From NCBI GenBank assembly GCA_964450175.1, contig CAYVHH010000199.1:1-35018 (forward strand): a DNA stretch of 35,018 nucleotides, read 5' to 3'. Below are positions 17,855-25,247 of the stretch, piece after piece (the stretch's first letter is position 1; each line of letters starts with the position of its first letter). The notes beneath the pieces were generated by a model that did not search any database, had not been told where the DNA came from, and saw only the letters and a list, made by a program, of their open reading frames with translations. The stretch comes from an uncultured bacterium (GTDB lineage Bacteria; Methylomirabilota; Methylomirabilia; Rokubacteriales; CSP1-6). Both the position numbers and the translations under genes were made by a program.

Positions 17855-18301
17855 ATGTGGCCGCTCAATCTCCTCAAGCGGCGCCACTGGATCTTCCTCG
17901 GGGCCTGCGTCCTCTTCCTTGCGTCGTATTCAGGTTTCATCAGCTGGGGCAAGGTCGCCCAGGCGCTCGAACGGCTCGCCGATCAGCCGGCGGTGCGCGA
18001 GCGGTTCGCAACGCCGATCGGGCGCGGCGAGGCGATCGTCACCTCGTTCATGTTCGTCCTGCTGACGCCGCTGGCGATCGCGGCCGCGCTCGGTATCGTC
18101 GCGTTCCTCGGCGCGATCGGCGCCGGCATCCTCAGGGCGGTCCTGCCGCTTCGTGATGTGCCGGACTACGTGTTCCTGACCATCGCGTATGCCGGCGTTT
18201 CCATCGGCATCTGGCTCGCCCGCGGCTACTGGACCGGACCCGCCTGGGAATTCGTCGGCCTCATCGCCAAGGCCATCCTCATCGCGACCGGACCGGCCTG
18301 A
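17855..18301 (+). CDS. Membrane protein (hypothetical, about 4 TM)
   Basis: 148 aa and strongly hydrophobic (WIFLGACVLFLASY, SFMFVLLTPLAIAAALGIVAFLGAIGAGIL, FLTIAYAGVSIGIWL). It starts 3 nt after the rarA stop. Confidence 0.7.
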   Translation: MWPLNLLKRRHWIFLGACVLFLASYSGFISWGKVAQALERLADQPAVRERFATPIGRGEAIVTSFMFVLLTPLAIAAALGIVAFLGAIGAGILRAVLPLRDVPDYVFLTIAYAGVSIGIWLARGYWTGPAWEFVGLIAKAILIATGPA

Positions 18302-18337
18302 TCCGGTTCGGCGGGCCGCCCGCCCTCTGCTGCTAGA

Positions 18338-19477
18338 ATGGCTGGTATGCCTCGCCTGCGTGTGGGCGTGGTCTTTGGTGGGCGCTCCGGAGAGCACGAG
18401 GTGTCGCTTGCCTCCGCGGCGGCGGTCATCGCCGCCCTCGAAGAACGCGGCCACACGGTCGTCCCCATCGGCATCGCCCGCAATGGACGCTGGGTCGTCG
18501 GCGGCGAGCCCCTGCGCGCGCTGGCCGCCGAGGCGCGCGTTGCGCTCCCGTCGAACGATGCCGACGGCGCCGTGAAGAAGGCGCTCGCCAACCGCGCCGA
18601 AGCCGTCGAAAGCGCTGCCGTCGAGGGGCTCGTGCGTACCGAGCCCGCGGGAAGCCTGCCGCTCGAGCTCCGCCAGGGGCTCGATGTCGTCGTGATCATG
18701 CTGCACGGGCCCTACGGCGAGGACGGCACGATCCAGGGCCTCTTCGAGCTCGCCGACATACCCTACGTGGGCGCCGGCGTGCTCGCCTCCGCCGTCGGCA
18801 TGGACAAGGCCGCGATGAAGGCGGTGTTCCAGGCCCACGGCCTGCCGATCGTCGAGCACGTGGTCGTGACCCGTCACGAGTGGCGCCAGGTCCCCGACCG
18901 GGTCACCACGCGTGTCGCCGAGACCGTCGGCTTCCCGTGCTTCGTCAAGCCGGTAAACCTCGGCTCGAGCGTCGGGATCAGCAAGGTGGCCAGTCGCGAC
19001 GCGCTCGCCGCCGCGATGGATCTCGCCGCGCGGCACGACCGCAAGATCATCATCGAGCGCGCGGTGAACGCCCGCGAGATCGAGGTCAGCGTGCTCGGCA
19101 ACGAGGAGCCGATCGCGTCCTTGCCGGGGGAGATCACCTTCGACGCCGAATGGTACGACTACTCGACGAAGTACCTCGAGGGCCAATCCCGCCTCACGAT
19201 CCCGGCCCCCGTCCCGCCCGAGACGACCCAGCGGCTCCAGGAGCTCGCGATCGCGGCGTTCCGCGCGATCGACTGCTCCGGCATGGCGCGCGTCGACTTC
19301 TTCGTGGAGCGCGACCGGGGTCGCGTGCTGGTCAACGAGATCAACACGATCCCCGGGTTCACCGCGACGAGCGCCTACGCCAAGATGTGGGCGGCCTCCG
19401 GACTCGGCTACACCGAGCTGGTCGACCGCCTGATCGAGCTCGCCCTCGAGCGACATCAGGGCAAGGGAGCCGGTTGA
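18338..19477 (+). CDS. ddl: D-alanine--D-alanine ligase
   Basis: RVGVVFGGRSGEHEVSLASA, and ATP-grasp motifs FVKPVNLGSSVGI and VNEINTIPGFT. An alternative start lies at 18347. Confidence 0.93.
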   Translation: MAGMPRLRVGVVFGGRSGEHEVSLASAAAVIAALEERGHTVVPIGIARNGRWVVGGEPLRALAAEARVALPSNDADGAVKKALANRAEAVESAAVEGLVRTEPAGSLPLELRQGLDVVVIMLHGPYGEDGTIQGLFELADIPYVGAGVLASAVGMDKAAMKAVFQAHGLPIVEHVVVTRHEWRQVPDRVTTRVAETVGFPCFVKPVNLGSSVGISKVASRDALAAAMDLAARHDRKIIIERAVNAREIEVSVLGNEEPIASLPGEITFDAEWYDYSTKYLEGQSRLTIPAPVPPETTQRLQELAIAAFRAIDCSGMARVDFFVERDRGRVLVNEINTIPGFTATSAYAKMWAASGLGYTELVDRLIELALERHQGKGAG

Positions 19478-20586
19478 CCGCCGACGTCGTCATCGCGGGC
19501 GGCGGCACCGGGGGGCACACGAGCCCGGGCCTCGCGGTGGCGGCCCTCCTGCGCGAGCGCTCGATCACGTGCGCGTGGATCGGCTCGCGCTCCGGCATCG
19601 AAGCCCAGCGCGTGCCCCAGACCGGCATTCCGTACGTCGCGATCTCCACCGGAAAGCTCCGGCGCTACTGGGCGTGGCAGAACGTCGGCGATCTCGCCGT
19701 GAACGTGCCGATGGGAATGCTCGGCGCCGTTCGCGCCCTCCGCACGCTGCGGCCCAAGGTCGTCTTCGGCACCGGAGGCTTCGTCGCGCTGCCGGTGATG
19801 TTCGCGGCGGCCGTCTCGCGCGTGCCGATCGTGCTCCACGAGCAGACGGCGGTGCCCGGGCTCGCGAACCGGATCGGCGCTCGATTCGCCCGTCGTATCG
19901 CGGTCACGTTTCCCGACAAGACCGGACGCTTCCCGGCCTCGCGCGTCGTCGTGACCGGCAATCCCCTCCGGCCGGAGCTCCGGATGGGTACGCGGTCCGG
20001 CGCCATCGCGCGCTTCCAGCTCGATCCCGCCGTCCCGCTCGTGTATGTCACCGGCGGCGCGCTCGGGGCGCATCGGATCAACCGGGTCGTGGGCGAGGCG
20101 CTCCCGCGGCTCCTGGCGCACGCCCAGATCATCCACCAGTGCGGCGAGAATCCCGCGACCGGCGACCGGCAGTGGCTCGAGGAGCGGCGCGCCGCGCTGC
20201 CCGCGAGCCTGGCGCGGCGCTACACCGTCGTGCCCTACGTGGGCGCCGAGCTCGCCGAGATCTACGCCGCGGCCGCGCTGGCGATCGCCCGCGCCGGCGC
20301 CGGGACCGTGAACGAGTGCTGCCAGCTCGGCGTGCCCGCGCTCTACGTGCCCCTCCCCGGCACCAGCGGCGACGAGCAAACCGAGAACGCGCGGCTCGTG
20401 GAGCGCGCCGGCGGCGCCGTCGTGCTCCCGCAATCGATGCTCACCGCCGAGCGGCTCGAGCAAGAGCTCCGCGCGCTCGTCTCCGATCCAGGGCGGCTCA
20501 AGCAGATGGGCGAGCACGCGCGCACGCTCGGCGTGCCCGACGCCGCGAAGCGGATCGTCGCGGTGCTGACCGAATTCTGCCGATGA
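19474..20586 (+). CDS. murG: Undecaprenyldiphospho-muramoylpentapeptide beta-N-acetylglucosaminyltransferase
   Basis: The TTG start at 19474 follows AAGGGAG and overlaps the ddl TGA as TTGA. The N-terminus is VIAGGGTGGHTSPGLAVA and the C-terminal motifs are ARAGAGTVNE and GDEQTENA. The first 198 codons of ORF 18880..20586 are an out-of-frame shadow of ddl. Confidence 0.9.
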   Translation: MTADVVIAGGGTGGHTSPGLAVAALLRERSITCAWIGSRSGIEAQRVPQTGIPYVAISTGKLRRYWAWQNVGDLAVNVPMGMLGAVRALRTLRPKVVFGTGGFVALPVMFAAAVSRVPIVLHEQTAVPGLANRIGARFARRIAVTFPDKTGRFPASRVVVTGNPLRPELRMGTRSGAIARFQLDPAVPLVYVTGGALGAHRINRVVGEALPRLLAHAQIIHQCGENPATGDRQWLEERRAALPASLARRYTVVPYVGAELAEIYAAAALAIARAGAGTVNECCQLGVPALYVPLPGTSGDEQTENARLVERAGGAVVLPQSMLTAERLEQELRALVSDPGRLKQMGEHARTLGVPDAAKRIVAVLTEFCR

Positions 20587-20587
20587 T

Positions 20588-20617
20588 CGCGAGCGCCCGG
20601 AGCGTCGGAAGCTCGCG
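20588..20617. terminator. Possible hairpin between the convergent murG and endoIII-like genes
   Basis: CGCGAGC (20588..20594) pairs with GCTCGCG (20611..20617) across a 16-nt loop. There is no clear U-tract. Confidence 0.25.
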
Positions 20618-20632
20618 TGGCGCCCCGGTCGA

Positions 20633-21367
20633 CTAGGGAGCTGGGCGACGCCCGCGCAGGTCGAAGCGCAGCGCGCAGCCCTCGCACCGCGGCCGCGAAC
20701 GACAGTGCGACTTGCCCACGGCCACGAGCAGCGCGTGAAACTCGTTGAACAGGTCGGGATCGGACGGCAGATGCGCCTCGAGCCAATGTCGTGCCTCTTC
20801 GTAGCCCGCGCGCGGCTGGATCAGCCGATGACGAGCCAGCACCCGCCGCGCGTACGCGTCGGCGACGAAGACCGGCCGCCCCGCCGAATAGAGCAGGATC
20901 GCGTCGGCGGTCTCGGGCCCGACGCCCGGAATCTCGAGCAGCTCGGCGCGAAGCGGCTCGAGCGGCAGCGTCCGCATCCGGCGCAGGCTTCCATCCACGC
21001 GCTCGAGGATCCAGCGGGTCAGCGCCCGAAGCCGACGCGCCTTGACCCGCGGGGTGCCGGCCGAGCGAATCGCCTCCGCCAGGCGGCCGAGCTCCACGGC
21101 GGCGAGCCGTGCCGGCGTCAGCAGCCGACGGGCGCGGAGCGCCGCGATGGCGCGGGCCGCGTTGCCCCACGCGGTGTGCTGGGTGAGGACGGCGCCCACG
21201 GCGATCTCGTACGGCGAGCGGCTCGGCCACCAGCGTTGCGGCCCGAAGCGCCGATGAAGCGCCGTATGGAGCCGCAGGAGCCTCGCCTTGGACCGATCGC
21301 GGGGCGGACCGGGCGTCCCGCCGGGGCGCCGCGGAGCCAGGGCTGACCTGATGCTCGGGCTCATCAT
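20633..21367 (-). CDS. Endonuclease III-related HhH-GPD DNA glycosylase (COG2231-like) with an Fe-S cluster
   Basis: FGPQRWWP..SPYEIAVGAVLTQHTAW, the HhH motif LLEIPGVGPETADAILLY, and a C-terminal CRSRPRCEGC Cys cluster. The ATG at 21367 follows GGAGCAGG. Confidence 0.85.
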   Translation of the reverse strand: MMSPSIRSALAPRRPGGTPGPPRDRSKARLLRLHTALHRRFGPQRWWPSRSPYEIAVGAVLTQHTAWGNAARAIAALRARRLLTPARLAAVELGRLAEAIRSAGTPRVKARRLRALTRWILERVDGSLRRMRTLPLEPLRAELLEIPGVGPETADAILLYSAGRPVFVADAYARRVLARHRLIQPRAGYEEARHWLEAHLPSDPDLFNEFHALLVAVGKSHCRSRPRCEGCALRFDLRGRRPAP

Positions 21368-22304
21368 CCTGCTCCAGGCCCTGATGCTCGCAGTGAGCGG
21401 CCCGCCCACCTCACCCGAATATCTGCCGATCCGGGTCGCCGAGGCCGAGGGCTACTTCGCCGCGGAGGGCCTCGCGGTCACGGTCAGGACGACGCGGGCC
21501 GAGTCGGGAGCGGCCGAAGCCCTCGCTCAGGGCCAGGCGGATCTCGCCGCCACAACGCTCGAGGCGATCCTGCGCTTCGGCCTGCGGGCGACCTCGACTC
21601 AGTCCCCTCGGCTGATATTCGGGCTGACGGCCGCGCCGCCGGTTGCGCTGCTGGTCGCCGGCCCCCACGCGAGCGCCGTGCGTTCCATCGAGGACCTGTC
21701 CGCGATGCGCGTGGGGGTGACGACGCCGGGTGCGCCCGAGCACGCCTGGTTCGGCTGGCTCCTGGCCCGGTCCGGTATGAGCATCGCCCAGGTGCGCGTG
21801 CGAAGCCTCGGCGAGCGCGGCCTGGTCGCCGCCATCGACTCCGGCGACGTCCACGTTGGGCTGGTCCCGGAGCCGATGGCCAGTCAGCTCCTGAGTCAGG
21901 GCCGCGCCAAGCTGCTCGCCGATTTCCGAACTCCGCGCGCCGCTGCCACCGTGCTCGGATCGAGCACGGTGAACGCCGCGGTCTTCACGCGGGCGGATCG
22001 GCGTGCGCCCGATCGTGATCTGGCCGGTCTGATTCGTGCGCTCAGAAAGGCCGAGCAGCGGATCCACACCGGCGAGGCACGCGACCTGGCCGGGCGGCTT
22101 CCGACCCGAGTCGTGGGCGACTTCGCCGACTTCGAAGCCCGCCTCGCGGCCTCGCGCGGACTCTATCTGGCGGACGGCCAGGTATCCGCCGATCAGCTCC
22201 AGCAGACGATCGCGATCATCCGAGCCCATACGCCGCTGCCTCAGTCCGTGAAGATCCCCAAGCCGGAGGACATGCTGCTTCAGATCAAGCCCTCCGCTCG
22301 CTGA
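21288..22304 (+). CDS. Periplasmic substrate-binding protein, NMT1/SsuA/TauA-like (ABC-type)
   Basis: The TTG start at 21288 lies 7 nt after AGGAG. The N-terminus ...GRRGARADLMLGLIILLQALMLAVSG is signal-like. It is followed by LPIRVAEAEGYFAAEGLAV..., typical of this SBP fold. Alternative starts are 21351 and 21384. No permease or ATPase gene is adjacent. Confidence 0.7.
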   Translation: MDRSRGGPGVPPGRRGARADLMLGLIILLQALMLAVSGPPTSPEYLPIRVAEAEGYFAAEGLAVTVRTTRAESGAAEALAQGQADLAATTLEAILRFGLRATSTQSPRLIFGLTAAPPVALLVAGPHASAVRSIEDLSAMRVGVTTPGAPEHAWFGWLLARSGMSIAQVRVRSLGERGLVAAIDSGDVHVGLVPEPMASQLLSQGRAKLLADFRTPRAAATVLGSSTVNAAVFTRADRRAPDRDLAGLIRALRKAEQRIHTGEARDLAGRLPTRVVGDFADFEARLAASRGLYLADGQVSADQLQQTIAIIRAHTPLPQSVKIPKPEDMLLQIKPSAR

Positions 22305-22863
22305 GCACGCCTAACTCCTTCAGCAAACGACGCGTCGCCTCCACCGGAAGCCCGACGACGTTGGTGTACGAGCCGATCACACCGTCGACCAGCGCTCCGT
22401 TCAGGTCCTGAATCGCATAGCCGCCGGCCTTGTCGAAGGGCGAGCCCGACGCGACGTAGTCCGCGATCATCGCGTCCGGGTACGACGCCATCAGCACCCG
22501 GCTCATCGCTGTCGTCGAAGCCGACCGGCCGGTCTCCGCCTCTACGACGGCGACCCCCGTCACGACCTCGTGCTGCCGCCCTCGCAACCGCACGAGCATC
22601 CCCGTCGCCTCCTCGACTCCCACAGGCTTCCCCAGCACGACCCCATCAATCACCACGACGGTGTCCGCCGCCAGCACCACCGCACGACCGACCCGACCAG
22701 CCACCGCCCGCGCCTTCCTCAGCGCCAACGCGGCGACCTCCTCTCCGAGCGGCCCAGACCCCAACGTCTCGTCCACGTCGCCGGGAATCACCTCGAACTC
22801 GCCCCATATCCCCCGCAGAAGCTCCCGCCGCCGCGGCGACTGAGACGCGAGCACCAACCTCAC
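22285..22863 (-). CDS. maf: Maf-like nucleoside triphosphate pyrophosphatase
   Basis: RLVLASQSPRRRELL at the N-terminus and GGYAIQD near the C-terminus. The start codon is GTG. Confidence 0.9.
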   Translation of the reverse strand: MRLVLASQSPRRRELLRGIWGEFEVIPGDVDETLGSGPLGEEVAALALRKARAVAGRVGRAVVLAADTVVVIDGVVLGKPVGVEEATGMLVRLRGRQHEVVTGVAVVEAETGRSASTTAMSRVLMASYPDAMIADYVASGSPFDKAGGYAIQDLNGALVDGVIGSYTNVVGLPVEATRRLLKELGVLSERRA

Positions 22864-22978
22864 GGCCCAAACCCAGACGCCGCCGTGCGCACGTCGACGC
22901 GCGCGCCGACCAGCGAACCAATCCCACGCAGACCCCCCGGTCGCCGCAGGGTCCGAACCGTCAGGATCGACCTCATGG

Positions 22979-23134
22979 CTCTAGGCGGGGCGCCGGGGAA
23001 GGGGCTGGGGTGCTGGCCGGGATCTGTGTAGGCAGCATTGGTCTCGCGCCACGTACATGGTTTTCACGCCAAACGATCTAAGCAGTCAGATCCCGACCGG
23101 CACCCCAGCCCCTTCCCCGGCGCCCCGCCTAGAG
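22979..23134. repeat. 156-bp element: 48-bp inverted arms (46/48 complementary) around a 60-bp lower-GC core
   Basis: The left arm (22979..23026) is CTCTAGGCGGGGCGCCGGGGAAGGGGCTGGGGTGCTGGCCGGGATCTG. The reverse complement of the right arm (23087..23134) is CTCTAGGCGGGGCGCCGGGGAAGGGGCTGGGGTGCCGGTCGGGATCTG. The arms surface in the ORF track as a shared LGGAPGKGLGC peptide on both strands. Confidence 0.9.
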
Positions 23135-23395
23135 TCGGCGAAGAGCGAGAGTGGCGAGGACGACCCCGACGACGCCGACCAGATTGACCTTGAGGCTCAG
23201 CCCGAACGTCATGGCGAGGAATCGCAGGTCGATCGTGGCGGGCGGCATCAGACCGATCATCGGGCCCCGGGTGATCAGGTCGCGGGCGTTGCCGGCCGGG
23301 AGGAGGCTTCCGAAAAGCTCTCCGAGGAGCGAGCCGAGGACGAGGCCGGCGAGAACGACCAGGATGATCAGCCCGATGCCACGCTGGGCTGCCAT
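23129..23395 (-). CDS. Small membrane protein, DUF4321-like
   Basis: The 88-aa product is MAAQRGIGLIILVVLAGLVLGSLLGELFGSLLP...LRFLAMTFGLSLKVNLVGVVGVVLA. Size and pattern match my recollection of DUF4321. It starts 12 nt after the speE stop. Confidence 0.65.
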   Translation of the reverse strand: MAAQRGIGLIILVVLAGLVLGSLLGELFGSLLPAGNARDLITRGPMIGLMPPATIDLRFLAMTFGLSLKVNLVGVVGVVLATLALRRL

Positions 23396-23407
23396 CGTGG
23401 GAGGGAC

Positions 23408-24328
23408 TCAGGTGACGATCAGGGGGTTCGCGTCGGTGACGACCCGGGTCTGCTTCGCGATGCTCTTGCGGATGAACTTCGGCAGGCTGAAGGCGTGCTG
23501 ATGGGTCACGCCGTCCCAATACTCGAGGGAGCCCTTGATGCGCTCGGCGATGAGCTTGTCGACGGCCTTGACGTCCTGCTTGTTGGGGTCGACCTTCTTC
23601 GAGGCGACGATGAACCCCCACGGCGTGCCAAAGCATGAGACGAAGGTCTGATACCCGGCGACGATGGGAAACACCTCGCGCAGGGTCCGATGGATCGACG
23701 TGAAGAAGGCAAGCTCGCCGCGCTTGGTCATCCCGGCCTGCATGGACATCGTGCCGCCAGGTGTGAGCCGATCTCGCACGAGGGTGTAGAACTCCCGGGT
23801 GAAGAGCATGCAGGCGGGGCCTTCCTCGAGCGGCTCGACGAGATCGATCGAGATGAAGTCGAACCGCTCCTTGCTCTTCTCGAGATAGCCACGCGCGTCC
23901 TCGTTCCGCACCTCGGTCCGGGGGTCGTCGAACGCGCCCTGATGCATTTCCGGCAGGTGCGTCTTGCAGAGCTCGACCACCTCGCCGTCGATGTCGACCA
24001 TGACGGCTCGGGTGATGGAGGGGTATCGGAGGATCTCCCGGAGCGTGGCGCCTTCGCCGCCGCCAATCACCAGGGCGCTGCGGGGCGCTGCTTCGGTCGC
24101 CAGGAGGCCCGGGTGGACCAGCGCCTCGTGGTAGATGAACTCGTCACCCTGGCTGGACTGGATGCGCCCGTCGAGGACCAGGGTCTTGCCATAGGACGCC
24201 GTCTGGAGAATCTCGACGTGCTGGAACTTCGTCTGGGCCTCCACGATCGTCTTCGCGATGGCATGCATATGCCCCTCGAAGGTGGTCGTGGTCTCGATGA
24301 ACCACTTATGGGACTGCGAGTTGATCAA
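23408..24328 (-). CDS. speE: Polyamine aminopropyltransferase (spermidine synthase)
   Basis: WFIE...YGKTLVLDGRIQSSQGDEFIYHEALVHP, and the SAM/dcSAM site VIGGGEGATLREILRY...VDIDGEVV. The TTG start overlaps the speH TGA as TTGA. Confidence 0.92.
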   Translation of the reverse strand: MINSQSHKWFIETTTTFEGHMHAIAKTIVEAQTKFQHVEILQTASYGKTLVLDGRIQSSQGDEFIYHEALVHPGLLATEAAPRSALVIGGGEGATLREILRYPSITRAVMVDIDGEVVELCKTHLPEMHQGAFDDPRTEVRNEDARGYLEKSKERFDFISIDLVEPLEEGPACMLFTREFYTLVRDRLTPGGTMSMQAGMTKRGELAFFTSIHRTLREVFPIVAGYQTFVSCFGTPWGFIVASKKVDPNKQDVKAVDKLIAERIKGSLEYWDGVTHQHAFSLPKFIRKSIAKQTRVVTDANPLIVT

Positions 24329-24720
24329 CTGATGGGGACCGGGCTCTTGTTGACGATCGGCACCGCCGAGTTGAGGAACATGCCCCGCTGCATCTCGACG
24401 ATCGAGGTCCGCTCGGCCGCGAACTGCTCGACCAGGTAGTTGGCGGCAACCTCCGGCTGCAGGACTTCGCCGCAGGAGAAGATGTCGACCGCCGCGTACC
24501 GATATTCTGGCCAGGTGTGGATCGCCAGGTGGGATTCTGCGATGACGACGACTCCGCTGATGCCGAACGGGTTGAACTCGTGGAAGACGACGTCGACGAT
24601 GGTCGCTTGGGCCCGCTTCGCGGCTTCGATCAAGGCCCCCTTGACGGCCTCGAGGCTGTTGATGGCGTCAGGGTCGCAGTCGAACATCTCGAGCAGCAGG
24701 TGTCGTCCCAGGGCGTTCAA
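24325..24720 (-). CDS. speH: S-adenosylmethionine decarboxylase proenzyme (pyruvoyl type, SpeH/SpeD class 1)
   Basis: LGRHLLLEMFDCD...ISGVVVIAESHLAIHTWPEYRYAAVDIFSCGE contains the ES self-cleavage site. The TTG start at 24720 follows AAAGGGGGA and gives the usual N-terminus just before LGRH. An in-frame ATG at 24777 is an alternative start. Confidence 0.88.
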   Translation of the reverse strand: MNALGRHLLLEMFDCDPDAINSLEAVKGALIEAAKRAQATIVDVVFHEFNPFGISGVVVIAESHLAIHTWPEYRYAAVDIFSCGEVLQPEVAANYLVEQFAAERTSIVEMQRGMFLNSAVPIVNKSPVPIS

Positions 24721-24840
24721 GCCAGTGGTCCCCCTTTCGATCCGTTCATCTACCGCACCTCTCCTGCGACGTTTCATTCACGTCGCCATTGCGCTCATCG
24801 AGCTCCGAAAAAATTTCGCTTATAAATAAAAACTTGTTTC

Positions 24841-24869
24841 ACTGTAGGGTCCGTTTTCACCCATTGCAA
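24841..24869 (-). promoter_or_regulatory. Candidate sigma70-type promoter of speH-speE
   Basis: On the minus strand: -35 TTGCAA (24869..24864), a 17-nt spacer and -10 TACAGT (24846..24841). It lies inside the only AT-rich island of this intergenic region. Confidence 0.45.
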
Positions 24870-25208
24870 GAAAAAAACGCTTTTCCGACCACCTCGGAGC
24901 GTTGCGGGAGTGCTGCGGAGCGCGCGGCCGTGCGACGCTGACGCTGCGGAGCACGCCGCGGCGAGCGTCGCGACGCGACCCGACGAGCCGAACGTTGCAA
25001 CCGCCTCCGTCGTCCGCGACCCCGGAACGCTTCAGCCGGCCGCGGAGCGCCGACCGAGCGGGTTCGCGAACCGAGAAGTAGGAACCGGAGTTCCGCCCGG
25101 CGCTCGCAGCGCCGAGAGTGGGCGCGAGCGCGACGAACGTCTGGCGCGAGCAGAGCGCGGTGCGCTCGGCCACGCTCAAGCCGCCGCGCGGCGAGCCGCA
25201 GTTTCCAC

Positions 25209-25236
25209 TTGCAATCGATCGGCGAGCGGCTAGAGT
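25209..25236 (+). promoter_or_regulatory. Candidate sigma70-type promoter of speB (near-leaderless)
   Basis: -35 TTGCAA (25209..25214), a 16-nt spacer and -10 TAGAGT (25231..25236). The ATG at 25248 is only 11 nt after the -10 element and no SD is visible. Confidence 0.45.
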
Positions 25237-25247
25237 GACGAAGAAAT

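Noticed and set aside
18880-20586. 568-aa ORF suggesting a larger MurG or a Ddl-MurG fusion. The same pattern is seen at 26962..28629 and 28736..30658.
   Set aside because: The N-terminal extensions are out-of-frame read-throughs of the upstream genes (ddl, the GNAT and the HK) with junk composition. True starts sit at the stop/start overlaps.
24910-25233. 107-aa GTG-initiated ORF inside the speH/speB spacer. Its GC3 is fairly high in the first half.
   Set aside because: The product is a low-complexity Ala/Arg/Glu string with no SD, no motif and decaying codon bias. It would also run through the predicted speB promoter. I treat it as non-coding, but a small disordered protein or a decayed gene cannot be excluded without homology searches.
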